Positions 54,896 to 64,000 of a stretch of 64,000 nt of DNA are shown here, piece by piece (the stretch's first letter is position 1; every line of letters begins with the position of its first letter). The stretch covers positions 13,214 to 77,213 of the forward strand of contig JBBRMM010000014.1 of NCBI GenBank assembly GCA_038230835.1, in the 5' to 3' direction. Origin of the DNA: Gaiellales bacterium (GTDB lineage: Bacteria; Actinomycetota; Thermoleophilia; Gaiellales; JAICJC01). Under the pieces are notes generated by a model. It had not been told where the DNA came from, ran no database searches, and saw nothing but the letters and a program-made list of their open reading frames with translations. Both the position numbers and the translations under genes were made by a program.

Positions 54896-57310
54896 GTGTC
54901 CTTGGGCAGGCTGATGATCCGAGCAACCACCTTCGCCGGGGCAGCGGCCATCGTCGCCACGGTGCCGGCGGGCGCATCGACCCCGCGGCTGGTGGCGCCC
55001 CACGCCGTCGTCAAGTGGATGCGGGTGTCCGCGCGGACGGCGATCCACGGCGGCGCGCTGCCCCAGGTCGGCCGCTCGCAATTGGTCGGCCGCGCGGCAG
55101 CCGGCGGACAGGTCGACTCGGTGGTCTTCCTGCGGCCGCGAAATGCCTGGCTGCTGCATCAGGTGGCCGAGGGCTCGACCGCGCGGGCACCGCTCTCGGG
55201 TGCAATGATCAATCGGCTGTTCCTGCCCGCACCGGCTAGCGTGCGATCGGTCGAGGCATTCCTGAGCGGCGAGGGCCTGCGGGTCGTCGGGATGCACTCG
55301 CCATCGATCGAGGTTCGCGGGTCGGTGGCGGCGACGGAGCGGGCCTTCGGCGTCTCGCTGAACCTCTACCGGGGAGCGGACGGCCGGGTGTTCCGGGCAC
55401 CGTCCGCGGCTCCGAGCCTGCCCCGAGGGATCGCGACCGCGGTGCAGGCGGTCGGTGGACTGGACACCGCGCTTCGGCTCCATCGAGCCACGGCGCAGGC
55501 ACCGGCGATCCCCAGCACGGTGACCGCGACGTGCGCCGGAGCGAACAATGCCAAGTCGGCGTACCCGGGCAGCCTGCTGCCCGCCGACATGGGGCTGCCA
55601 ACCGGCTACAACCACACGGCGCTGATCAACGGCGGCTCCGACGGCACCGGCGAGACGATCGCATTCATGGAGTTCTCCGACTACAAGCGTACCGACACGG
55701 ACGTCTACCGCGCCTGCTTCCCCGCGATCACCAGCAACCCACCCACGGTCGTCGGTGTGGACGGCGGTACCACGGATGAGTCGGGAGCCGGCGAGGTGGT
55801 GCTCGACATCGAAGTTGCCATGTCCGCCGCCCCGGCGGCCGACACCGTCGTGTACGAGACCGGCAACAATCTCGCCCACGGCATCGACATGCTGAACGCC
55901 ATCCGCGCAAATGCGGCGGTGCACGAGGTCAGCGACTCGTGGGGCATCTGCGAGCCGGTGCTGCCGGCGTCCCTGGTCCAGGCCGAGAACACCGCCCTCG
56001 AGTTGAATGCCGTGGCCGGCAAGTCGGTGTTCGTGGCCACCGGCGACAGCGGCTCGTCGGACTGCAGGCCTCTCGGTCTGGCGGGGCTGTTCACCGACGA
56101 CCCGGCGTCCCAGCCGTTCGCGACCGGCGTGGGTGGCACCAGGCTTGCGGTGAGCCCGTATGCCGAGAACGCGTGGAAGTACGGCGGCGGCGGAGTGTCT
56201 CTGTGGTGGCCCAAGCCGCAGTACCAGGCCGGGAAGACGCTCGTCTTCGCCAACGGCGGTCTGAAGTGCGGGAACACCGGCGGCCAGTGCCGGCAGGTTC
56301 CCGACATCGCGCTGGACGCCAACCCGCTCACCGGCTACATCGTCTACTGCACCGCCGGGGCGATCAAGTGCGGCCTGCCGTCGGGATTCCCCACCGGCTG
56401 GCTGCCGATCGGCGGCACCTCGGGCGCCGCACCGCTGATGGCCGGGATCACCGCTGACGCCAACACCTACTCCACCGGTAACGCCGGCCAGGTGCTCGGG
56501 TTCGCAAACCCGTTCCTGTACGCCAACGCGGGGACGAGCGTCTTCCACGACATCACGACCGGCAGCAACAGCATCACCGGCGGCAGCTCGTACACCGCCC
56601 AGGTCGGCTACGACCTGACCACCGGTCTGGGATCGGTCGACGCACAGAACCTCGCCACGGCACTGGCCGCCGCGTCGCCGTCGGTGCCGAACCCGGACAC
56701 GACCACGCTGACGGCAGATGCCCCCCTCAGCACGAAGACGATCACGTACGGCCAGCCCGTGACGTTCCACGGCACCCTCACCGACAGCACGACCGCCAGC
56801 CCGATCGCGAACAAGGCGGTGTACGTGCAGACCAGCGTGGGCATCTTCCGCGACACCACCGACGCGTCCGGGATCTGGTCGATCACCCTGCTCAAGGCGC
56901 TCACCCGCAACCTCACATGGCACGCGGTCTTCGTCGGGTCGGACACGCTTCTGCCGGCCTCCTTCCCGGCCACCCCACGGCACGTGTACGTCGTACCGCA
57001 CCTGACGTCGGCCGCCGACCTGCCGGTCTCGAACGGCGCCTACGTCGTCAAGGTGGGGACGTTCTTCACCTTCCACGGCGTCTCAACTCCCAACATGCAC
57101 GGCGCACATGTCACGCTCCAAGACCGCGCACCAGGCAGCAGCACCTGGCACAGCCTCTTCTTGGCGGGGGTGGGCATCAAGGGCGGTTACGCACTCCGGA
57201 TACGAGGAACCCGACGCGGATCGGTGTACCTGCGCTGGGAGTACTTCGGAGGCACGACCAAGACGTGGATGACCGCCGTCTCGCCGCCGCGCCTCGTGCG
57301 CTTTACCTAG
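54896..57310 (+). CDS. S53 (sedolisin/kumamolisin-like) serine peptidase with pro-domain and C-terminal Ig-like repeats
   Basis: A signal peptide, then a pro-kumamolisin-like activation segment (...VEAFLSGEGLRV...ERAFGVSLNLY). The catalytic region has GAGEVVLDIEVAMSAAP, WGICE, ATGDSGS and GGTSGAAPLMAG (SGTS-type nucleophile). Confidence 0.85.
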   Translation: MSLGRLMIRATTFAGAAAIVATVPAGASTPRLVAPHAVVKWMRVSARTAIHGGALPQVGRSQLVGRAAAGGQVDSVVFLRPRNAWLLHQVAEGSTARAPLSGAMINRLFLPAPASVRSVEAFLSGEGLRVVGMHSPSIEVRGSVAATERAFGVSLNLYRGADGRVFRAPSAAPSLPRGIATAVQAVGGLDTALRLHRATAQAPAIPSTVTATCAGANNAKSAYPGSLLPADMGLPTGYNHTALINGGSDGTGETIAFMEFSDYKRTDTDVYRACFPAITSNPPTVVGVDGGTTDESGAGEVVLDIEVAMSAAPAADTVVYETGNNLAHGIDMLNAIRANAAVHEVSDSWGICEPVLPASLVQAENTALELNAVAGKSVFVATGDSGSSDCRPLGLAGLFTDDPASQPFATGVGGTRLAVSPYAENAWKYGGGGVSLWWPKPQYQAGKTLVFANGGLKCGNTGGQCRQVPDIALDANPLTGYIVYCTAGAIKCGLPSGFPTGWLPIGGTSGAAPLMAGITADANTYSTGNAGQVLGFANPFLYANAGTSVFHDITTGSNSITGGSSYTAQVGYDLTTGLGSVDAQNLATALAAASPSVPNPDTTTLTADAPLSTKTITYGQPVTFHGTLTDSTTASPIANKAVYVQTSVGIFRDTTDASGIWSITLLKALTRNLTWHAVFVGSDTLLPASFPATPRHVYVVPHLTSAADLPVSNGAYVVKVGTFFTFHGVSTPNMHGAHVTLQDRAPGSSTWHSLFLAGVGIKGGYALRIRGTRRGSVYLRWEYFGGTTKTWMTAVSPPRLVRFT

Positions 57311-57335
57311 CTCGGTCCGCCTACTCTCGAGCCGC

Positions 57336-58889
57336 CTACTCCCACTCGATGGTCGCCGGCGGCTTGGACGAGATGTCCAGAGCCACGCGGTTGACGCCCG
57401 GCACCTCGTTGATGATCCTGCTCGAGATCCGCTCGAGCAGATCGTACGGCAGGCGTGCCCAGTCGGCTGTCATCGCGTCCTCCGAGCTGACGGCGCGGAT
57501 CACGATCGGATAGGCGTAGGTGCGCGAATCGCCCTGGACTCCGACCGAACGGATCGCGGGGAGGATCGCAAACGACTGCCACAGCTCGGAGTACAGACCG
57601 GCGCGACGGATCTCCTCGAGCAGGATGGCGTCGGCGTCGCGCAAGATCTCGAGCCGCTCGCGGGTCACCTCGCCGATGATGCGGATGGCGAGCCCCGGCC
57701 CCGGGAAGGGCTGCCGCCAGACCATCCGCTCGGGCAGTCCGAGTTCGTCACCGACCTTGCGCACCTCGTCCTTGAAGATCAGCCGAAGCGGCTCCACCAG
57801 CTCGAAATCCATCTCCTCCGGCAGCCCGCCCACATTGTGGTGGGACTTGATCTTGGCGGCGGTGCGCGACCCGGACTCGATCACGTCGGAGTACAGCGTT
57901 CCCTGGACCAGGAACCGGACGTCGCCGATGCCTCGCGCCTCGTCCTCGAACAGCCGGATGAACTCCTCGCCGATGATCCGGCGCTTGGTCTCGGGGTCGG
58001 TCACGCCCTCCAGCCGGCCGAGGAACCGATCAGCGGCATCGACGTGGATCAGCGGCACGTGGAAGTGGTCCTCGAACGCCTCCACCACCTGCTCGGCCTC
58101 GGCCTTGCGCAGGAGCCCGTGATCGACGAACACACACGTCAGTTGGTCGCCCACCGCGCGGTGCACGAGCAGTGCCGCGACTGCCGAGTCGACACCTCCG
58201 GAGAGGGCACAGATCACCTGAGCATCACCGACCTGGTCACGGACCCGTTCCACCTGCTCCTCGATGAACTGGAGCGCGGTCCACGTCGGCGGGGCCTGGC
58301 ACGCATCCAGCACGAAGTTGCCGAGCATCTCCGTCCCCCGGGGGGTATGCAGGACCTCGGGGTGGAACTGGACACCGAACAACCCGCGCTCGCGGTCTTC
58401 GATCGCCGCCACCGGCGTCGTCTCGGTTCTGGCCGTGACCACGAATCCGGCCGGCGCGCGCACCACGCTGTCGCGATGGCTCATCCAGGCCACCTGCTCG
58501 GACGGAAGGTCGCCGAACAGCAGGCTGCCCTCGAGCAGCAGCACCGGGGTCTTGCCGAACTCGCCGATGCCGGTGTTCGACACCTCGCCACCCAACGCTC
58601 CGGCCATCGCCTGCATCCCGTAGCAGATGCCGAGCACCGGCACCCCGAGTTCGAACACACCGGGGTCGACCGCGGGCGCGCCCCGCTCGTAGATCGAGGC
58701 CGGGCCACCCGAGAGGATGATCCCAACCGGGTCGCGGGCGGCCAGTTGGTCGGCAGGCACGTCGTGGGACACGATCTCCGAGTACACCCTGCACTCCCGG
58801 ACCCGCCGGGCGATCAGCTGCGCGTACTGGGCACCGAAGTCGATCACCAGCACCGGCCGATGCGGCTGTCCCGAACCCAGGACTCCCAT
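57336..58889 (-). CDS. guaA: GMP synthase (glutamine-hydrolysing)
   Basis: Starts at the ATG at 58889. [27 protein letters not shown] (GATase Cys), the ATP-PPase SGGVDS motif, and a C-terminal ...PPATIEWE. Confidence 0.95.
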   Translation of the reverse strand: MGVLGSGQPHRPVLVIDFGAQYAQLIARRVRECRVYSEIVSHDVPADQLAARDPVGIILSGGPASIYERGAPAVDPGVFELGVPVLGICYGMQAMAGALGGEVSNTGIGEFGKTPVLLLEGSLLFGDLPSEQVAWMSHRDSVVRAPAGFVVTARTETTPVAAIEDRERGLFGVQFHPEVLHTPRGTEMLGNFVLDACQAPPTWTALQFIEEQVERVRDQVGDAQVICALSGGVDSAVAALLVHRAVGDQLTCVFVDHGLLRKAEAEQVVEAFEDHFHVPLIHVDAADRFLGRLEGVTDPETKRRIIGEEFIRLFEDEARGIGDVRFLVQGTLYSDVIESGSRTAAKIKSHHNVGGLPEEMDFELVEPLRLIFKDEVRKVGDELGLPERMVWRQPFPGPGLAIRIIGEVTRERLEILRDADAILLEEIRRAGLYSELWQSFAILPAIRSVGVQGDSRTYAYPIVIRAVSSEDAMTADWARLPYDLLERISSRIINEVPGVNRVALDISSKPPATIEWE

Positions 58890-58918
58890 GCCAGACTGAC
58901 GGCTGGGGTCGGCCGGAG

Positions 58919-60079
58919 TCACCGGCTCATCCCCACCGCCTGCTCCCGTTGCAGCTTCTTGCCCTCGGTCTGCAGCGCCGGAGCGAACATGATCTCGGCC
59001 TTCTGGAACGCCTGGATGCTGTCGTAGCCCGTGGTCGCCATCGATGTCCGTAGTGCGCCCATCAGGTTGAGCGTGCCGTCGTTCTCGTTGGCCGGACCGG
59101 TGACGACCTGCTCCAGACCGGCCACCTGGTCGGTCTTCACCCGCGCCCCGCGGGGCAGGGTCGGGTGGAAGGTGGCCATGCCCCAGTGATATCCGCGGCC
59201 GGGCGCCTCGGTGGCGCGGGCCAGCGGCGAGCCGATCATCACCGCGTCGGCACCGCACGCGATCGCCTTGGAGATGTCCCCACCTGTCCGCATTCCGCCG
59301 TCGGCGATCACGTTCACGTACTGGCCGGTCTCCAGCAGGTGCTGGGTCCGCGCAGCCGCGGCGTCGGCGATCGCGGTGGCCTGCGGTACACCCACTCCCA
59401 GCACTCCGCGGGTGGTGCAGGCTGCGCCCGGGCCGACGCCGACCAGCACCCCGGCCGCACCGGTTCGCATCAGGTGCAGCGCCGCCTGGTAGGACGCACA
59501 ACCGCCGACGACCACCGGTACCGGCATCGAGGCGATGAACTCCTTCAGGTTGAGCGGCTCGACCACGGTCGAGACGTGCTCGGCGGACACCACCGTGCCC
59601 TGGATGACGAGCACGTCGAGGCCGGCGTCAAGCGCGTCCTGCCAGTACTCACGCACCTTCTGGGGGGTCAGCGAGGCCGCCGCCAGCACGCCCTCGGCCT
59701 TGATCTCCTTGATCCGCTGTACCACCAACTCACGCTGGACCGGCGCGGAATAGATCTTCTGCATCTCGCGGGTGGCCTCGGCCTTGTCGAAGGTCGCGAT
59801 CCGCTCCAGCTGGGCGTCGGCGTCGGCGTAGCGCGTCCAGATCCCCTCCAGGTTGAGCACCCCGAGGGCACCGAGCTTGCCCAGGGCGATCGCTGTCGCG
59901 GGCGAGACGACACCGTCCATCGCCGATGCCAGCAGTGGGAGCTCGAGCAGATGCGGGCCCAGGCGCCAGGCGATATCGACGTCCTCGGCGTCGCGTGTAC
60001 GCCGGCTGGGCACGATCGCGATGTCGTCGAAGCCGTACGCCCGACGTGCCTTCTTGCCACGGCCGATCTCAATCTCCAC
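58919..60079 (-). CDS. guaB3: GuaB3-type IMP dehydrogenase-related protein (no CBS insert)
   Basis: The GTG at 60079 follows [38 protein letters not shown]..., [12 protein letters not shown] and [23 protein letters not shown] resemble mycobacterial GuaB3. Confidence 0.85.
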   Translation of the reverse strand: MEIEIGRGKKARRAYGFDDIAIVPSRRTRDAEDVDIAWRLGPHLLELPLLASAMDGVVSPATAIALGKLGALGVLNLEGIWTRYADADAQLERIATFDKAEATREMQKIYSAPVQRELVVQRIKEIKAEGVLAAASLTPQKVREYWQDALDAGLDVLVIQGTVVSAEHVSTVVEPLNLKEFIASMPVPVVVGGCASYQAALHLMRTGAAGVLVGVGPGAACTTRGVLGVGVPQATAIADAAAARTQHLLETGQYVNVIADGGMRTGGDISKAIACGADAVMIGSPLARATEAPGRGYHWGMATFHPTLPRGARVKTDQVAGLEQVVTGPANENDGTLNLMGALRTSMATTGYDSIQAFQKAEIMFAPALQTEGKKLQREQAVGMSR

Positions 60080-60103
60080 GCAGAACGCCTCCCCCCGAAT
60101 AGA

Positions 60104-60140
60104 CCACGACCCAGGACGCGTACACCGGCCTGGGTCGTGG
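60104..60140 (-). terminator. Perfect 12-bp stem hairpin between pfkB-like gene and guaB3 (possible terminator or processing site)
   Basis: CCACGACCCAGG-N13-CCTGGGTCGTGG with no clear U-tract. A second small hairpin, CGAACC-TTCAA-GGTTCG, lies at 60163-60179. Confidence 0.35.
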
Positions 60141-60197
60141 ACAGGACTTTTGGACTTCGGAACGAACCTTCAAGGTTCGACGCAGTCTACCAGGGGG

Positions 60198-61163
60198 TCA
60201 GGACGCCCTGGCACTCCGCGGGCGGATCTCCTGCACCTCGACGAGGCCGGCGAACTTGGTCACGTCGCGCTGCTCGAATACGCCGGCGCCGACCGTCTGT
60301 GTGTTGGCGGCACCGCAGGCGAGCGCCATCCGCAGGCACTCGGGCGCCGGCCGCTCGGCCTGCCATGCGGACAGGAATCCCGCCAGCAGGGCATCTCCCG
60401 AACCCACCGCCGAAACGGCCTCCACGCGGGGGATCCAGGCCCGGAACAGCTGCTCGCGGTTGCGCCCCGCGCGGAGCAGCGCGTAACAGCCGGTCTTGAG
60501 CGTGATCAGCACGTTGGCGGCCCCCATGCCGGCAATCTGGTGCAGCCCGTGCTGGAAGTCCTCGTCGGTCTGGAACTCGTGGCCCACCAGCGCCTCGGCT
60601 TCGCGCTGGTTGGGCGAGACCACCGTCGGCTCGGCCGCCAGGGCGAGCCGCAACGGCTCGCCGTCGGCGTCCACCACGGTACGCAGCTTGCGCTTGTGCA
60701 TGTCGCGCGCGACCTCGGCGTAGAACTCGTTTGCGACCTTGCGCGGCAGGCTGCCGGCGAAGACCACGGTCGTGACCGCCCCGCTCAGGTAGCGAAGCTT
60801 CTCCCACAGCACCTGCAGCTCGGCGTCGGTGACCTCAGGCCCGTACTCGTTGATCTCGGTCTGGACGCCGCTGGTCGGATCGACAACGACGGTTGATGTC
60901 CGCGATTCGCCGGCGATCCGCACGAAGTCGTTGAGGATGCCCTCGGTTGCCAGACTCTCGGTGATCTGCGCGCCGGCGCGCCCGCCCGCCAGGCCGGTTG
61001 CGATCACGGGCTCGCCCAGACGCTTGAGCGAGCGGGCGACGTTGACACCCTTGCCGCCCGCCATCACCAGCCCCTGCTGGGCACGGTGACGATGGCCAAG
61101 CTGGAGGTTGGCAACGGTGAGCGTCTTGTCGACCGCTGCGTTGACGGTGACGGTGAGAATCAT
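60198..61163 (-). CDS. PfkB-family hexose-phosphate kinase (1-phosphofructokinase/tagatose-6-phosphate kinase-like)
   Basis: Starts at the ATG at 61163 (MILTVTVNAAVDKT). GGKGVNVA motif and a C-terminal VGSGDALLAGF (ATP/anion-hole motif). Confidence 0.85.
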   Translation of the reverse strand: MILTVTVNAAVDKTLTVANLQLGHRHRAQQGLVMAGGKGVNVARSLKRLGEPVIATGLAGGRAGAQITESLATEGILNDFVRIAGESRTSTVVVDPTSGVQTEINEYGPEVTDAELQVLWEKLRYLSGAVTTVVFAGSLPRKVANEFYAEVARDMHKRKLRTVVDADGEPLRLALAAEPTVVSPNQREAEALVGHEFQTDEDFQHGLHQIAGMGAANVLITLKTGCYALLRAGRNREQLFRAWIPRVEAVSAVGSGDALLAGFLSAWQAERPAPECLRMALACGAANTQTVGAGVFEQRDVTKFAGLVEVQEIRPRSARAS

Positions 61164-61258
61164 CGCGCTGCCCCCCTCATCGGCTGGGCGGATTGTATAC
61201 GTGAGCCACCGGCCTGCCAGACCTATGCCGCGGCAGCGGTCGCCCGTAGGCTGGAGAT

Positions 61259-61585
61259 ATGTTCGCAACCCGCGTCCGGTCGGTGCTGACAGCCGCCACG
61301 GCCGTGGAGGTCGGGATCGCCGGATGGGCGCTCGGCCACGGCTGGCTGTGGCTCGCGGCGATGGTGGCCGCGATCACGCTGGCCGACTGCAGCATCGGTG
61401 TCGTCCGCCGACGGGCGCTGGCCGACGTGGTCGGGGTCGAACTGGGAGCACTGCTGGTCGCGTTCCTGATGCGCAGCGCCGACGGCACACTGACCACGCT
61501 GATCACGGTGGCCTGCGCGACATGGTTGATCCGACCCAACCGTCAGACCGCACCTGATCCTGCGGCCGACCCGCAGCTCGGCTGA
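61259..61585 (+). CDS. Hypothetical small membrane protein
   Basis: 108-aa ORF with three hydrophobic segments. There is no recognisable domain, and the RBS spacing is poor. Confidence 0.4.
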   Translation: MFATRVRSVLTAATAVEVGIAGWALGHGWLWLAAMVAAITLADCSIGVVRRRALADVVGVELGALLVAFLMRSADGTLTTLITVACATWLIRPNRQTAPDPAADPQLG

Positions 61586-61609
61586 CCAACCGCGGTCGTC
61601 GGGAGCCGG

Positions 61610-62491
61610 TCAGCTGACCGCGGCGGTCGTCCGCCGCAGCTCGTGCGCGGCCTGCCGTACCGCTTGCTGCCAGTCACCGCCGCGCTCGCGCCAGGCGTAG
61701 ATCACGGACCGGGAAGCGGACACCAGACCACCCGCGGGATGCGTCGCGAAGGCCGGCCCCATCTCTCCTGCACTACCACCCTGCGCCCCCACACCGGGCA
61801 GCAGAAACGGTGTGTCGGGCATCAGCTCGCGGGCACGCGCGACGACCTCGGGGTGGGTGGCTCCGAGCACCGCTCCCACCGCCGACAGACCGCTGTCGCC
61901 AACGTGCGGCGCTCCCCAGTCGGCGATCAGCTCAGCTGTCCGCTCCCACACCGGGCGGCCGTCGGCAAGCAGCGCCTCCTGAATGTCGGCGCCTCCGGGG
62001 TTGGAGGTGCGCGCCAGCACGAAGACGCCCGCGCCGTCGCCACAGGCGGCGAAGAACGGCGCCAGCGAGTCACCGCCCAGATAGGGGTTCACGGTCAGCG
62101 CGTCACCGACCGGCGGGTTGCCGTCACGCGCGTGCAGCCACGCCTGCGCATAGGCGGCCGCGGTCGATGCGACGTCGCCCCGCTTGCCGTCGACGATCAC
62201 CAGCAGCCCGGATGCGCGCGCGTGCGCGCACACCCGCTCGAGCGCGGTTATGCCGTAACCGCCCAGCGCCTCGAAGAACGCAACCTGCGGCTTGACGGCC
62301 ACTGCCTCGTCGACGACCGCGTCGATCACCTGCTCGCAGAAACGCTCGAACGCCCTCGCTCGTCCGGACGCCCCGGGGTGCAGACCGGTGATCAGCGGCG
62401 GCGGAAGCAGCTCGATCCTTGGGTCGAGCCCGACACACAGTGTGCTTGCGGAGCGGTCGACGGCGGCCGCGAGCCGATCACCGAAGTTCAT
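61610..62491 (-). CDS. pyrF: Orotidine 5'-phosphate decarboxylase (type 2)
   Basis: LCVGLDP..., VDGKRGDV (catalytic Lys) and LLPGVGAQGG, typical of long actinobacterial PyrF. Confidence 0.9.
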   Translation of the reverse strand: MNFGDRLAAAVDRSASTLCVGLDPRIELLPPPLITGLHPGASGRARAFERFCEQVIDAVVDEAVAVKPQVAFFEALGGYGITALERVCAHARASGLLVIVDGKRGDVASTAAAYAQAWLHARDGNPPVGDALTVNPYLGGDSLAPFFAACGDGAGVFVLARTSNPGGADIQEALLADGRPVWERTAELIADWGAPHVGDSGLSAVGAVLGATHPEVVARARELMPDTPFLLPGVGAQGGSAGEMGPAFATHPAGGLVSASRSVIYAWRERGGDWQQAVRQAAHELRRTTAAVS

Positions 62492-64000
62492 GACCGTAAT
62501 GGTACAGACGCACGCAGACCTGCGATGCGCCCCGCGGCCCGCGGCAGCGAGAACCGGTCGATGGCCACCGGACGGGTCGCCCCACCCACTCGTGTCAGCG
62601 CGCCGGCGACGATTCTCGCCCGCTCAGCCCGCTCGGCCGACAGCGGCCCCGGTGCAGCGTGCAGCGCCGGCTCGATGCTGGTCACGAGCGCAGCCGCCTC
62701 GAGCGCCGCGTCTCCCGCCCGCGGCAACCGTCGCCTGGCGACGACCGACCCCCAGACGCAAGCGAACGCCTGCACGAACCGATCGTCGACATCGGGAGCC
62801 AGCACAACCCCGGCGCGCGAGACCGCCGTCCTTTGTCGGGCGAGCGTGGCGGCCACCCGCTGGAGCGCGGACAGTTGGTCGCGCACCGCGGCGGCGTCCT
62901 CGAATCGGCGCTGCCGGCCGAGGTCGCGCATGCGCTGCTCGATCCGCGGGGTGGGGTCGGCCAGCCGATCACCGGCCAGCCAGCGGCCGGCCGCATCCAC
63001 CGCAGCTACGTACGCATCGGTGTGCGTTCCACCGCGGCACGGCGCGCGGCACTGGCCGACCGCGCCGGCCAGGCAGGTTCCGTCGTCCACCGGCCGTGCC
63101 GGCCGGCAGGAGCGCAGACCGAACGCCTCCCGCAGCGCCGTGGCCGCCGCCTGGCCCTGCGCCCGCGAGGTGATCGGCCCGGCTGACAACCCGGCGGGCC
63201 GCGGGGCGGAGGTGACCATCAACCGCGGAACCGGCTCGTCGAGGGTCAGCGTCAGGTAGCACGAGCGTTCCGGGTGGGCGGACCGACGGTTGGCCACCGG
63301 GCGCAGGCGGATGATCAGTTCCAGCTCCAGCAGAGCGGCTTCGAACTCCGACCCCAACTGGCGGGCCTCGATCCGCCGGGTCGCCCGCAGCGCGTCTTCC
63401 ACGGCGCGCCGCTGCGCGCCACCGGTGAAGTAGGAGCGCACTCGCGACCGCAGGTCGGTCGCCTTGCCGACGTACAGCACCGAGCCGTCCTCGCCATGGA
63501 ACAGGTAGACGCCCGGCCCCGTCGGCATCCCGGCGGCAAGCCCGCGGCGACCCCGTGACGGCCGGGCCGCCGGTGCGCACAGGTCGATCACGTCGCCGAC
63601 GGTGGCCGCACCGGCCTCCTGGGCAAGGCCGAGCAACCGCATCAGTACCTCGGCGGTGGCCTGAGCATCGGGAAGGGCGCGGTGGCACGGGCGCACGTCG
63701 GTGTCGAAGCGCTCGGCCAGAGCGCCGAGGTTCATGCGGGGCAGCCGCCCGGCCAACAGCCGGCGCGCGAGCGCGACCGTGTCGATCACCGGGGCCGCGA
63801 TGCGGCCGCCCCGGCGGCGGGACAGCTCCGCGTCCAGAAAGCCGATGTCGAAGCGCGCGTTGTGGGCGACCAGCACCGCGCCGGCAGCGAAGTGCAGAAA
63901 CTCCTCGAGGGACCGGGCGATACCCGGCCGGCCGCGCACCTCGGCATCGGTGATGCCGGTGATGTTCGTGATCTCCGCCGGGATCGGGCGCCGCGGATCG
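62488..64000 (-). CDS. DEDD (DnaQ-like) 3'-5' exonuclease fused to a GIY-YIG (UvrC/Cho-like) nuclease domain; 5' end outside the window
   Basis: The reading frame is open to the window edge (…ITGITDAEV…). ExoIII-like motif HNARFDIGFL...HRALPDA, and a GIY-YIG motif GVYLFHGEDGSVLYVGKATDLRSRVRSYF. Confidence 0.8.
   Translation of the reverse strand, partial: DPRRPIPAEITNITGITDAEVRGRPGIARSLEEFLHFAAGAVLVAHNARFDIGFLDAELSRRRGGRIAAPVIDTVALARRLLAGRLPRMNLGALAERFDTDVRPCHRALPDAQATAEVLMRLLGLAQEAGAATVGDVIDLCAPAARPSRGRRGLAAGMPTGPGVYLFHGEDGSVLYVGKATDLRSRVRSYFTGGAQRRAVEDALRATRRIEARQLGSEFEAALLELELIIRLRPVANRRSAHPERSCYLTLTLDEPVPRLMVTSAPRPAGLSAGPITSRAQGQAAATALREAFGLRSCRPARPVDDGTCLAGAVGQCRAPCRGGTHTDAYVAAVDAAGRWLAGDRLADPTPRIEQRMRDLGRQRRFEDAAAVRDQLSALQRVAATLARQRTAVSRAGVVLAPDVDDRFVQAFACVWGSVVARRRLPRAGDAALEAAALVTSIEPALHAAPGPLSAERAERARIVAGALTRVGGATRPVAIDRFSLPRAAGRIAGLRASVPLRS

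Noticed and set aside
57317-57341. 10-nt direct repeat CCGCCTACTC-N5-CCGCCTACTC in the 25-nt gap between the convergent S53 and guaA genes.
   Set aside because: It is short, the second copy is partly the guaA stop region, and it has no further copies or dyad symmetry. It is most likely chance or a small slippage duplication.

Overview
This 64-kb window comes from a very GC-rich, actinobacterium-like chromosome (G+C judged by eye, not computed). I support about 55 protein-coding genes and found no rRNA, tRNA or CRISPR array. The conserved backbone follows actinobacterial synteny. On the minus strand it runs rplM-rpsI-glmM-glmS, acpS-nnr-alr-cca, guaB3-guaA, pfkB, pyrF and ileS, and ispH lies on the plus strand. 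Between these blocks sit many secreted or lipoprotein genes:
- two paralogous beta-propeller proteins and two TolB-like proteins
- a beta-helix protein and a PLC/acid-phosphatase-family phosphoesterase
- an S53 sedolisin, an L,D-transpeptidase, a CAP-domain protein and an MmpL transporter

Small metabolic modules are also present: a PLP decarboxylase with a class-III aminotransferase, and a BKACE enzyme with a ThDP enzyme.

The observations most worth a second look:
1. An unassigned 65-80 nt intergenic repeat family has three same-orientation copies, at 21694, 53054 and 53282. Each combines a (C4-5 A)n tract, which has G-quadruplex potential on the minus strand, with a perfect 15-nt palindrome. 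Two copies sit in the mmpL divergent promoter region.
2. In that same region an 11-bp perfect inverted repeat carries the AT-rich word TCGTTACAAG. The word recurs upstream of a small-ORF/ileS unit.
3. A RayT-like (REP-associated Y1 HUH transposase) gene is immediately preceded by two 15-nt perfect palindromes.
4. A 16-bp interrupted hairpin encloses the ileS start codon, and I could not support a T-box.
5. A class-A beta-lactamase-like gene is split by a +1 frame change at a GC-repeat.
6. A start-less C-terminal remnant paralogous to the adjacent secreted-protein gene lies just upstream of it.

I did not find a clear multi-gene novel system such as a defence island or retroelement. All functional calls come from motif recognition by eye and need database confirmation.
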